Origin: Heptranchias perlo
Lineage: Eukaryota
DNA: 64,000 nucleotides
Assembly: GCF_035084215.1 (NCBI RefSeq)
Contig: NC_090348.1
Span: 35,898,001-35,962,000, forward strand
Reading direction: 5' to 3'
A model generated the notes under the pieces. The model did no database searches and was not told where the DNA came from. It saw only the letters and a list, made by a program, of their open reading frames with translations. Both the position numbers and the translations under genes were made by a program. This document shows, piece after piece, positions 12,337 through 29,603 of this stretch; position 1 is the first letter of the stretch, and every line of letters begins with the position of its first letter.

Positions 12337-15300
12337 AGATCCCCTCATCTGCAATTAAAGCTCAAGATGCAGAGGAAACCTATAAAGGAAAAAACACTCT
12401 GTGTATGGAAATATTTGATCCTAATTTTGTATTCTGCCCTTGTACTAAAGAACAAAGGACCGTTTTTCTAGAATGTAATAACATTGATAAAATTAACTAG
12501 TTTTAAGAAGCCAGGTTTGCTGAAGTGCCTTATTCACAAAACAAATATATCTACAATATAATGTTTACATCACATAGCATTATTTCATCCTTTCTTTTAA
12601 AACTTATAACTATTCATTTAAAGTCTGGAAGGGTTACAGTGTACACAGATTTGGCAATTAAAATATATCTGTTTTTAAAAAATAAACCTCTCCCTCGTGC
12701 AGATATAAAACCTAACTTTCAAATTTTTGCCTCTGATACAGAAAGTTGCTTGTGGGTCAGATGATAAGTGTCATTACAGATCAGGGTGAGTTGGCAGAAA
12801 GATAATAGAAACTCCTTTTTATAATATCAACAAGGCTCTTGATTTTCTGTTTTCATGGGGAAAAAAATTGTGGAATGTAATCCAAAATACTGGTGAAAAT
12901 TCTGGAATCCCATGAAATGGAATTTGACTGATGCTGTCACCTTAAACCAGTGGCCTTGAAACTCTCAAATTATGTCACCCTTAAGTAGAATTATTTTTGG
13001 TCAGCTGGGTATCCAACATATGCAGAAACTCATTACTATGCTTTAGGATCTCCAAATCAAGCTACTCAGAAAACCACAGGATAGAGTTTCTGTTTGCCCA
13101 ATATGGAGTGCGCACTCTCTTCACGTAGGGACATGTCACACTTACTCAAGCTTCCCATTGTTGGCCAGCCAAAACCACTGTGCCATTAGGATATTGGCTT
13201 GAGGGTTAGCTGGAGCCAGTTAGGAAGGATCACAGTCCCCAGTGACAGGTTTACCCCTCCAGGTCCCATTAATGAGTTAGTCTGAAAGTTCAGCGCCTTG
13301 AAGCATACCACACCTGCCTATCTCAAATATTTGGATTACTGAGTCTTTCACAGAGGGTGGACTTCATTCTAACATTCAATTGTCAAATGCAATGTCATCC
13401 TGGAACCATCTGAACCCAAAGAGACCTTGCGTATCCCTCCCCCCACCCCCCCCCCCCCCCCCACCACTTCCCCAGGAGAATAGTCATTAGTTGGTTGTCA
13501 GGCAACTGGTAAGCATGGGTTTCAGCCCTCACCAGGTGGACAGCTGGCACAAGGAGTTTCTCACAGGTGGCATGGTGAGCAACACAACTCACCATAAAAT
13601 GTGAGTGCTTTGTCATGACCCTCCTAACAACATGGACATGCAACATCCACCATCAAATGGTAGTTGCACCACCTTGAGGTGTAGCGCTTTAACATCATCT
13701 GTTTGCTTAACTGCAACTGAGTTACAGTAGGTACCAAACCCTGGATATAGTGCTAGAAACAGGGCAAACATCCATTAATCAATTTTTGCTGTTGCTAAAT
13801 GAGAAAATTCCATTTGGGTTGCTAGTGCCCCTTACATACTGTTGGGTCCACAGAATTTTGTTTAGCATTATGCAATTAACTAAATGAGGTAAGAAAAGTA
13901 ATGCATTGAACATAGAACATACAGTAAATAGTGTTGTAATGTTTCAGAACAGAACACACTGCCATAGCGTTGGATTTAATAATGAATTCCAGTTCTCTTG
14001 ACCAATGTTTTTGTTAAAGAAATCAAATTTTTACAGATTTTGGTGCAGGTGGTAATGTCTTACTTTTGCTATTATGTGTATCTGCTGTAAACTCCTGATG
14101 AAAGTTGTTCAGTTATTGCAGAAATACATTCCTTCAGAATTAATGACTTAAGAGTTGTGATTAGCAAGATGCTAGTAATTTTGGATTGCACAAATAAATG
14201 CTATCCTTCCTAATTATCTCCTCTCAAAATTTTTGGATAAATGAGTGAGCCAAATGTAACATGAATAGCATGAGGCTTTTTATCACCATATGATTTTAGC
14301 ATATATAAAGTGAGTAAATCTGTTGTATGTGATATTGTGCTTTAACTTTTTTACAAAAGTCCACACGTCATAGGTTGGCAGTTGGTGCAACAGGGTTTCT
14401 TGTTTGTAAAAGTGATTAAACCCATTGGAAGCACTGAACAATGTGGCACATCTAAAACTCAATGTGGTTGAAATCACATCGCACAAGAATATAATTATAT
14501 ATAATGCTGTCTGATATTAACTTTTGTATGACATTCTTCTGTCTATTTTAATAAAGGCATTAACCTGTTTAAGATAAAGTCAATGCCTTTGTTAAATTAG
14601 CACAGCACAATGTTAATCTATATGTTTCTGTAAACTAGACCTGTTGAAAAAGTGTGTGTAGCTAAGGTTCTTTTTAGAAGATCTGCAAGCTTTCCCAAAA
14701 TCTTATGGCTTTTGTTAATGGTTTTTCATGCCTCTGATATGATGGAAATAGTGTTGTGTGGCCTGTAGCATCTTTTGTTGTGCCCTCTTCATTATACAAT
14801 TAAAAATATAAATCTATTTGTATGTCCTAAATAAAAATTAAAATGCTGTGGGTTGATAATTTTAACACTAACAAAAGAGCTGGTTGCTAGTATTAAAAGC
14901 AGTTCTCCTTGTACAGCATAGGTTTAACAGGAAAGTGAAGCTTTAAAACCATTAGAGTAAAAGCACCAATGAATCTAATTACTCAGGCAGACTGAGTCAG
15001 ACAGCAGTTATTGAATTGTTACATGCAAGACAGGATGTTAATTTAACACTAATGTACTAAATTAATCAAAATAGAAGACAGAAAGCAGTCTAATTGTAGC
15101 ATCCACAAACTTGACAGAAAAATTATGGAAATGAGGAATAGGCACATAAATGGAAGATGAGACTGTACATGAGTGAGAGGGTCTATGGGCCCTGAATGTC
15201 TCACCTAAGTCTAATGGAGGAATAGTGTCTGAAGTAGTTGGGGCACTCTGGGGAGGTACTGACAGAGGGTACATGATACAGTATCATCACTGACTCCAAC

Positions 15301-17427
15301 TGGTCTGCTTGTGACTTTGAAAATCATTGCAACCATCAATGTTCTTGCTACAGGGTCATTCAAAATACATTGATGGATTTGTTTGTGGCTGCCATATTCA
15401 TACTGCATTTAAGAGGGCAATTGACTGATGCACTGATCTAGAAAGCTGAAAGGCTCATGTTCAACAGAATTGTAAAAGAAGATATGTAAAGAGAGAGCAA
15501 TGGTTTGTGCTATTGCTGGCTTCCGTAGAGCACTGTATGTAGTAAGCTGCACATACACATAGGTAAGAGCACCACTGGTCAATCTAATGGTTTATGTCAA
15601 CTGCAAGTCCTTCCATTTTTCAATATGTGAATATGATCTGTGAACGCACTGATGAATCCTCCACATAAATGCCCAATTATCAAGGTCACAAAATTCTTTT
15701 AGCCTCAGCCAGTAGTTATTTCAACAAGATAACAGACTGCATGACTGCTGCTAGGGAATTGTTAGCATGATTTTGATGCCTTTAGGGGGGGGGGAAAAGA
15801 GCAATTTGCAGTATGTGCTTATCAAAATGTGAATATTGTGTTCTGCTGCATACTTTGTAACATGACCTCACAAAAGGGCAGAAACCTTAAAATCAATGAG
15901 GAAAGGATGTAGGCCAAATCTTGTTGGGAGGTTCTGCAGATCTCCTATGAATGCATACCCAAGAGGTTTATGCCAACTATTATCCAGAATTGGTGTGGGC
16001 ACTGGTCCTTAACTACAAAGCAAATTGCCTGTCATAAACTTTGAAATTCCTATGTTTGAGTACCTGGCAGATTACTTTCTTACTTCAATCTTTGCCATAA
16101 TCTATTTTCCATAAAAGGGTGCCAACCTCTGATGATGCTGCACAATTTTAAACAAAGGGATGCATTCATTGTTTGCTATTGATATTTCAGATTACATTTT
16201 GTGTGCACCTACTGTGTATAATTGTATTTTATACATGAAACTCAAGCTTCTGTATGCCTCTTATGGTAGCTTTACCACTGATGGGAGGTATTGCTTTTAA
16301 CTGATTATCTATTTTGGTGCAAGAGCATGACAGATTAGTAACATTCCCTGGGGCAATAGAGTGACAACTTGGGTCAGTTGATCAGCATTCAACTAGAATG
16401 CTGGAGTCAGACAGTTATGGGGTCAAACCCCATTTTAGTACAATCCAGGATGACACTTAGAGCAAGACTTCCTCAGTACTTTACCTGTCAGAAGTGCTTC
16501 CCTTTGGATGAGATTAAAATGGGGGCCTATTGGTCTTTGTGCAAAATAGCTTCTACATTTGATATTTTTTGAGGTGTAGAAACTGTGTCACTTTAAGACA
16601 CTTTGATAAGGTGCTATATAAATGCAACTACAGTAGTGATTACGGTACTGCACAATCAACCCAGAGGCTGTGTTCAAATCACACCATGGCAATCTGAAAA
16701 TAAATTCAATTAAGTCTGGTTATTTTTGGGCTTGCACCAGGAAAAATAACAATGAAAGCTGCTTGATTGTAAAAGCCCAACTGGTTCATGAATGTCCTTC
16801 GGAGAAGGGGACTTACCATCTGTTTGCTTTGGTCACTCCAGTCTATACTGTGCTTGCCTCTTAATGCCCATAAGACAACCAAGGAGAAGTAATAAATGTT
16901 GCGTTGTCAGCATGATCCACAACCCAGAAACAAATATAAAAACAATTTCTATGTAATGTCAAGATCAGGAACTCACCATGTTGAAGGGGGAATAGAAGAA
17001 AAAAAAATCATGCACCCTACAGAGCAGAAAGTCTAAGTTTCAATCCCTTTAGAGCAGTTTGCTCAGGACAGTAATCAACCTTGGGTGGGAGGGGAAAAAA
17101 AATCCAGCTACCTATCTAATGACCTTTGGAAAGTGGATGTCACGGAAGCAAAAGATTGGGTTTAGTGTGATGCCTCCTATAGTTGAATATCTTGCTAGCA
17201 TTCAGTGTCCAGGCTCACGTTAAAAAAATGACTTCTGATATGCAATAATGGCACCCAAAGAACTACCCCAACCAAATTTAGGAGAGAAAGCGAGGAAATT
17301 CAAGTAAAATAAATGTTGGATTTTATTCAGTGGTCTAAATCATATCTAGTATAGGTTATGTTGGAATGCTTGATTTTGAAGTAATACAAAAAAAGTGAAC
17401 TGACATAGGTAGTGTAATACAGAAATA

Positions 17428-17433
17428 TTTATT
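17428..17433 (-). terminator. Candidate SEC61A2 polyadenylation signal AATAAA
   Basis: tttatt on + strand about 840 nt past the stop; alternatives at 17596 and 17322. Confidence 0.4.
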
Positions 17434-18272
17434 AAACTTTTCCTAACTCAAAAGGCAGTATTGTCTTCAACTTTGCTGAGATGATTAAAAAGCACCAACT
17501 TACAATAAGATTACCACAGCTGTCTCAGTATCCCATAGTGCACACCTCTTAATACATCTTTAACAGTAAGTTCTGCCTGTTCAGGCACAAATACATTTAT
17601 TTAATAATTTGACTTTTCACCTTTACATTACCATGTAAATACATAATAAATAAAACAAACTGTAGTATACATGGTCTCCATACAAACCCACATTCACAGG
17701 GACTAATGCTTATATGACTGAGTTTGGCACAGATTAGCTGCCAGATACAGGACTGAAATGATTTGGGCCTGTGATCTAGGCATAAGCACTGAATAACTAA
17801 CTATTAGGCAGTTTCAGAAGGCCACTCAAGTATACATTTGAAAAAAACACTGGATTGTATGATGCATTCAAATGAAGAAAAAAATCACTTTTACATGTAA
17901 AACACATTAAGCATCAATGATTTCCTATAGCAGCTTGAAATTCATAATTTAAACTCATCCAAGTTTTAAATTTAAATGAAAAGTCTCAATGTAAATTGGC
18001 ATGCTTGTTGAATACATTTGTAAAGCAGGTAGTGTGGTCAAAATGCTTTGGAAAGCACTGCTTTTTGGCACTGACGATTCTAAAAAGCCCAAGAGTGATA
18101 AAGGGTTAAGGCAGCTAGAAGTATGCTGCACACAAGCAGAGTTTGGGGCCTAGGATGAGGGGGAAGAAAACATTTAAGTGGATAAGCAAAAAAAAACTCC
18201 CTTTACACAGAAATGGTGTACAAAGTAAGAAAGATTTCCCTTTTCCATAAATAAACTTCAGAGTTTAGCAAT

Positions 18273-18491
<219 letters not shown>

Positions 18492-18848
18492 CTAATATCA
18501 GCTGTATGTTTCAAATAGAAATGCTGCCTAATCATTAAGATTTGATTCACTAGTGTACATGGCTTGTAATTATTAAATACTTATGAACTCTGATATATTG
18601 TGACAACAGGTAGAAACATTTGCATTTCTGCTTGAAATCTTAACTCAGTAATTGTGATGCTTAGAATAGCTTACTAAAAATTGGGCCATTTCTTTCATTC
18701 TCAAAGATTTTTAGATCCCAAATTGAATCATACTTTACATAAAACATTCTAATAAATATAGAGAATACATCAGCCAATTAAAGAGGTTGATCAGCATTGC
18801 ATTAACAATTATCAAGTCAATAAAAGGCTACTTGTGCTGTTAAGTATT

Positions 18849-19063
18849 AGCCCTAACTTTGAGGCAGGTTGAATGGGCAATTAATATGCAAATCCAGCAA
18901 GTTCTCAAAGTAACTGTGGTTGAGGGAGAGCTGCAGTTTGTGCGAGGCAAACGGCAGCAAATTATACAGCTTCACAACTCACGGCATATCTTCTCTTCTG
19001 AACTTGCTGGCCGATTTGTGCATTAATAGCATGCGCCGTTATTTTTCCAGGAAGATTTGGCCC
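18849..19063. mobile_element. Hairpin MITE, probably Harbinger-derived
   Basis: Internal inverted repeats (ccagcaagttc / gaacttgctgg); ends AGCCCTAAC..GATTTGGCCC; ATT on both flanks. Confidence 0.6.
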
Positions 19064-19668
19064 ATTATGTCAGCAACTAATTACTTGTATATGAATGGAT
19101 AACCAAGGATGCGTAGCAGCAACATGCAGTCCTGGATTTCTTTACTGGTGTCTCCAGAGGTGGACATACCAGGCCAACAACCTCAGAGGATTTGTTTAAT
19201 GTCAGACAAGTCTAGTTTGAGAGATGCAATTTATGAATCAGTCGTTAACTACAGAAGTCATCAGTTAGTGTTTGATAAATAAATCTTAACAGGGCTAAAA
19301 TTAATGGGTGGTGGATGTCCAAAGATGAATATCTCCAAAAACGGGAATACATGAGTATATACAATTACTTTAATATTATTGTAGTTATGAGCCAACAGAT
19401 TTCTCTCACTCTTTTTAGGTTCTGGCACACAAAAGTAGGTCCCAGGTCACAAATATGTTGTTTTCGAAGTTATCATACATAAAGGCTTCTGTGCTCATAG
19501 TGAAGGATAACAAAACTAAAAGAATTGAATCCCAATGACAGCATCAGTTATGATACTGAAACTCCCACACTTCTCCCCAAAAATACATTACCCTGACAAC
19601 ATGTTTAAACTTCAGTCGTTATCATTTAGTTATGACCGTACAAATTCATAAGATTTCCACCCTGGTTA

Positions 19669-19827
<159 letters not shown>

Positions 19828-20248
19828 TTAGTGTTACAAAAGGCTTCTTGCAGGCAGCCAACAGCAGACTGCAGACTAGGCAGAGTCGGTTTCCTCTGGT
19901 ATCTCCTTTGCTGAAGGCAGGACTTGCTGTTCTCTGCCACCCTTCCGAACTTCTTTCACACCACCCTCAGCTTAGAGGGCTTGTCATTCTCAGACCTTCC
20001 CTAATACTGATTTCACGATGGCACTTCGGAGACATTCACATCATCTCGCCTGGTGGAAGAAACTTCTCAGCACCTTTCTGATGGTGTACAGCATTAGTAT
20101 CTCAGAGTACCAAGATATTTTGGTACTGCCTCAAAGTCTGAAATTTAAAACTACAACACCACATTACATTTTCTAAAAATCACTGTTAAAGAGCTTGATA
20201 CTACTGTAGCAGCCAGTAAATAAAACTCTGTTGAAGCGCCTGCCTGCG

Positions 20249-20365
20249 ATGGGGGTGAAGGTGAGTACCTTCGGCATAGTCTTCGACAGCGAAGGGGTGA
20301 GCAGCTACTCGAGCGGCGACGCGGTGTCGGGGCAAGTGCTGCTGGAGGTGAGCAACGAGCGGAGG
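20249..20365 (+). pseudogene. Truncated 5' fragment of an alpha-arrestin (ARRDC3/ARRDC4-like) gene
   Basis: MGVKVSTFGIVFDSEGVSSYSSGDAVSGQVLLEVSNERR resembles the arrestin-N start (ARRDC3 YSSGDTVSGRVNLEV; ARRDC4 YSSGETVAGHVLLE); similarity ends after 39 codons. Confidence 0.75.
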
Positions 20366-20739
20366 TCGGCAGCGAAGGGTTGCACCCGCATCAATTGGAG
20401 CGGCAACCACACTAATGGAACTACAGTTCACTTGAATAATGCCAAACAGGCTGCATTCGCACACTGGAGCATTTCCAACCAGCACAGTCTCTCCTCGGCA
20501 ACAAGCCGCAGCAGTTCACACCAGGTCCAGGTGTCCAGAAAGGCGACGTGCAGCAGTTTTCCACTTCCCACCCGTGAAAAGCCTGAGCTGCCTAACAGTC
20601 TCTCTCTCTCTCACCCCCAACTCACCTGCCCCCACAGTAACACGCCCCGAAGGGAGCCCGGGGAGCGTGAGCACGGGTAAACCAGGAGCCGTACAAGAGG
20701 ACCTCTGCTCTACACAACATATGGAATGGGGACCACACA

Positions 20740-22741
20740 CTGAATTGGCAGCTCCACCAAAACTCGAGTGACAGGAAACAAGCCTATAGGCAACTGAAGG
20801 CAGAGATGCAACAAAGAACCCATGACCTAAACAGATGGTGGGTGGAAAGAGCGCAGGAGACTCAGCAACTCGCCGACAACCACGGTGTGCGCGGCTTCTT
20901 CAGCGCAATTAAAACCATCTATGGTCCGAGTACCCAGGGACCTACCCCACTCAGAGCCAAAAATGGAGAGGCGCTCATCAAAGACAGAGAGGCAGTCAAC
21001 GCCCGCTGGAAAGAGCACTTCGAGGACCTCCTCAACCAAGACACAGTCCTCGACGCAAGTGCCCTTGACACCATCCCACAACACGCTACCCGCCACCATC
21101 TCAGCACAACCCCAGCCTACTGTTCGGTCAAAAAAGCCATTCGACAGCTGAAAAACAAAGCCCTTGGCACAGATGGAATCCCCGCTGAAGTACTAAAATA
21201 CAGCGGAGAGGCACTCGACACGAATACACGACCTTATCACCCTTGTCTGGAAGGAAGAGAGCATGCCGGGAGATCTCAGACGCTGTAATTGTGACCATCT
21301 TCAAGAAAGGAGATGGGTCCGACTGCGGGAATTAGAGGGATTTACCTACTGTCCACCACGAGAAAGGTCATCGCGAGAATCCTCCTCATGCCTCCTTCTG
21401 GTGGCCAAAGAGCTCCTCCCTGAGTCTCAATGTGGCTTCCGCCAGTCAAGAGGCACAATGGACGTGATCTTTGGCGCGCGACAAGTCCAGGAAAAGTGCA
21501 GGAAGCAGCATCAACCTCCATACATGGCCGCCTTGGATCTCGCAAAGGCCTTCGACTCTGTCAACCGTGAGGGATTGTGGAGCATCCTCAAATTCGGCTG
21601 CCCGCAGAAATTCGTCACCATTCTCTGCCTGCTCCACAATGACATTCAAGCAGTGATCATCACCGATGGATCCACCACAGACCCAATACAAGTGCAAACT
21701 GGGGCCAAGCAGGGCTGCGGCATCACACCAACTCTCTTCTCCACCTTCCTCGCTGCAACACTCCAACCCCATCACCATCACCATAAAGCTCCCTGCCGGA
21801 GTGGAGCTAACCTACAGGACAAGCGGGAAACTGTTCAACCTTCGATGCCTCCAGGCAAGAACCAAGACCACCCCAACTTCTGTCATCGAGCTGCAATATG
21901 CAGACGACACCTGCATGTGCGCACACTCGGAGGCTGAGCTACAAACCATCGTCAACGCATTCACCGAGGCGTATGAGAGAATGGGCCTCAGGCTAAATAT
22001 CCGGAAAACAAAGGTCCTCTACCAGCCCGCTCCTGCTACACAATACTGTCCCCGACAATCAAGATCCATGGTGCGCCTCTGGACAGCGTGGATCATTTCC
22101 CATACCTCGGGAGCCTCCTCTTGGCGCAAGCAGACATTGACGATGAAATTCAACATCGACTCCAATGCGCCAGTGTAGCCTTCGGACACCTGAGGAACAG
22201 AGTGTTCAAAAACCAAGACCTCAAATCCAGCACCAAGCTCATGGTCTACAGAGCAGCCGTGGTCCCCGCCCTCCTGTACGCATCAGAAACATGGGCAATG
22301 TACAGCAGACACCTAAAATCCCTGGAGAGATATCACCAACATTGCCTCCGCAAAATCCTGCAAATCTATTGGCAGGATAGGTGTACCCAACGTGAGTGTT
22401 CTCTCCCAAGCTAACATCCCCAGTATCGAGGCACCGGTCATGCTCAACCAGCTGCAATGGGCGGGCCACATTGTCCGCATGCCCGACTCAAGATTCCCTA
22501 AACAAGTGCTCTACTCCGAGCTCCGCAATGGCAGGCGATCACTAGGAGGGCAAAGGAAACGCTATAAAGCGGAAAGATCGTGCAGAATCCAGAGCGTCTC
22601 ACCCACCCGCCTTATTAAACGCTACCTGCCCCACCCGTGGCAGAGACTGCAGCTCCAGGATTGGACTATTCAACCTCTGCAGAACCCACCCTCCTGGAGT
22701 GGAAGCAAGTCATCCTTGATCCTGAGGGACTGCCAAAGAAG
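20740..22741 (+). mobile_element. 5'-truncated RTE-clade LINE with frameshifted RT
   Basis: Peptides RWKEHFEDLLN, LPESQCGFR, DLAKAFDSV, QYADD, FPYLGS, WAGHIVRM..R.PKQVLYSEL; short 3' UTR ending in AAGAAG. Confidence 0.92.
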
Positions 22742-23195
22742 ACTGTAGCACTAATCCATTAGACTGCGACCAGTACACTTAAAGGCTAGTGGAAGCACAA
22801 GTGAATACTCCTAAAAAGGACACTCAACATGGGATCTTTTAAATACTCTTCACAAATAGTCTACAGAATAGTAACGAAGTACAATTTTAGTTGATAATTT
22901 CATTATGGATGTATACATTTTCAATTTGGGAGTCCTTCGACCCATTTGATTTCCTCCTTACAGAATAGCATTCCTCAGTCTTCCCATTATAAATTTTTAA
23001 TTTCCATTTGAACAGGCAAACAGGACCTCTATTTAACATCTCATGCAAAAGATGACATTTCTGATAATGCAGCACTACCTCAACATTGTATTAGAGCATT
23101 AGCCTAGATTGTGTGTTCAAGTCCTGCTGTGGGCTCAAACCCATAACCTGACCCCGAGTGCCACGAACAAAGCAAAGTTGACAATCACTACTTAC

Positions 23196-23387
23196 ATCCT
23201 TAGCAGAAGAACCAGAAACATCAATCCAAGTCTTGGAGAAGAAAGCACATGATCCCAGCATAAAGATGATGTAAACAGTGACATGGATGGGATCATCAAA
23301 CACAGCACTGATAGATTCCGGAGGGGAAAGGTAATAGCAGAGCCCACCGACTGGGTATGACCGAGCTGGGCCACCTCCACTCACATC
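23196..23387 (-). CDS. SEC61A2: SEC61A2 exon 10, [15 protein letters not shown]...SGSSAKD
   Basis: tag|...|gtaagt, 192 nt. Confidence 0.97.
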
Positions 23388-24074
23388 CTAGAAGTGACAA
23401 TCAAATATCTGAAGTGAATAGCTTCAAAACTATAAGAACACACACAATAAAAGCAGGCAGGAAAAAATATAAGTTTTTAAAAGCCTGGAGTCTGATCATT
23501 TAAAAAAATTAACAAATTTGAATTTTGTTAAGTAATCATGAGGCTAGCAAGTGTTGATGCATAAATTAGGGGCTTAGGCATAGAGTAAAGCAATGCTGAA
23601 GGTTCCGGAACCGAGAGCGTGACAGTGTGATTTGCTACCCGAGTACTGCAATTTTGCAATAAAAAGTTCCAGAAGCAGTGAAAATGCCTGAGCAATAACA
23701 AATCACTTGGCATAGTGATTGCAATAATGCCAGCAAGAAGAACTGTCAAGTAATAGCTTTAACCCAGGATGCTTCAATGATGCACATTACTAAGCCTATC
23801 AGTAACATTAAGCGAGTCTTGTAATGTGAACAGCACTTTTAATGATGTGTGAAGGTTGGGGGAAGGGGGGCAGGGAGGAGAAAGGAAGTTGATTTTGTTT
23901 TTAAAAGAGTAAACTTTTTTTTAAAAAATGGATCCACCTAATGAAACGCTCAAAATGAAGATAATGATGTGGGGTGTTTTAGATAACTGTGCTAATGAGC
24001 TCAACTGTAAAATTGATCTTCACAACCAGCAACATTACAACTAAAACAAACATTCATAACAAATGGGTACTTAC

Positions 24075-24272
24075 AGCCCATTGACCCAGCAGGTTGACTA
24101 GAAAGTTGCCACTGAAGCGTACAGACAACATCTGGGAGATAACATACAAGTTGGATACAAGAGCAGACTGAAGAATGATGGGGATGTTGGATGTATAGAA
24201 CAGCTTAATGGGATAGCTGCTGTATTGTCCACGGTAACGAGCCGACTTGATGGGCAGGTCCACACGGAATCC
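24075..24272 (-). CDS. SEC61A2: SEC61A2 exon 9, GFRVDLPIK...[11 protein letters not shown]
   Basis: cag|...|gtaagt, 198 nt; [18 protein letters not shown] is alpha-2 diagnostic. Confidence 0.97.
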
Positions 24273-24329
24273 CTGTCAAAAAAAAATGTAGCTTTTTTTC
24301 CCGACAGATTTGGCTTCTTTTGAACTTTA

Positions 24330-24575
<246 letters not shown>

Positions 24576-24629
24576 TCATTAGCTGAGTTCTAAAAAGTGC
24601 TTGGCATGATTTTGTAATGCTTAAGCTAT

Positions 24630-28529
<3,900 letters not shown>

Positions 28530-28703
28530 CTAGGATAACAGATTACTAACAAAGTAATTTGTGCAGACGATCATTGATCTATCCAGCCTACCCCTCTAAT
28601 TATCCCCTTTCATGTAAGATATCTTTATCAGTTATAACTTTTAATAACCACAAATTCTTTCAGATACCAGGATTTTGTCTATTTTCTTTTTGAAATTCCT
28701 TAC

Positions 28704-29603
28704 AAAGATGGGAGGGAAAGTAGAGAGTGAGGAGGACATAAAAAACCTACAAGGGGATATAGACAGGCTGGGTGAGTGGGCGGAGATTTGACAGATGCAA
28801 TATTGGAAAATGTGAAGTTATGCACTTTGGCAGGAAAAATCGGAGAGCAAGTTATTATCTTAATGGCGAGAAACTGGAAAGTACTGCAGTACAAAGGGAT
28901 CTGGGAAAATCAAAAAGTTAGTTTGCAGGTGCAGCAGGTGATCAAGAAGGCCAACGGAATGTTGGCTTTTATTGCTAGGGGGATAGAATATAAAAACAGG
29001 GAGGTATTGCTGCAGTTATATAAGGTATTGGTGAGACCGCACCTGGAATACTGCATACAGTTTTGGTGTCCATACTTAAGAAAAGACATACTTGCTCTCG
29101 AGGCAGTACAAAGAAGGTTCACTCGGTTAATCCCGGGGATGAGGGGGCGGGCATGAGGAGAGGTTGAGTAGATTGGGACTCTACTCATTGGAGTTCAGAA
29201 GAATGAGAGGCGATCTTATTGAAACATATAAGATTGTGAAGGGGCTTGATCGGGTGGATGCGGTAAGGATGTTCCCAAGGATGGGTGAAACTAGAACTAG
29301 GGGGCATAATCTTAGAATAAGGGGCTGCTCTTTCAAAACTGAGATGAGGAGAAACTTCTTCACTCAGAGGGTAGTAGGTCTGTGGAATTTGCTGCCCCAG
29401 GAAGCTGTGGAAGCTACATCATTAAATAAATTTAAAACAGAAATAGATAGTTTCCTAGAGGTAAAGGGAATTAGGGGTTACGGGGAGCGGGCAGGAAATT
29501 GGACATGAATTTAGATTTGAGGTTAGGATCAGATCAGCCATGATCTTATTGAATGGCGGAGCAGGCTCGAGGGGCCGATTGGCCTGCTCCTAGTTCTTAT
29601 GTT
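28704..29603 (+). mobile_element. 5'-truncated CR1 LINE
   Basis: [33 protein letters not shown]; ttcttatg tail. Confidence 0.92.

Noticed and set aside
13430-13475. Long C-run (G-quadruplex potential on minus); similar G-runs near 416, 15785 and 31626
   Set aside because: Simple homopolymers of unreliable length with no evidence of function
12337-17320. Additional gene between NUDT5 and SEC61A2
   Set aside because: AT-rich sequence with only short unrecognisable ORFs, SINE remnants and several AATAAA motifs; the NUDT5 poly(A) site cannot be chosen from sequence alone
20231-20680. 149-aa ORF as an intact nested ARRDC gene
   Set aside because: Arrestin similarity stops after 39 codons, no later exons are seen, and it sits inside a TSD-bounded insertion
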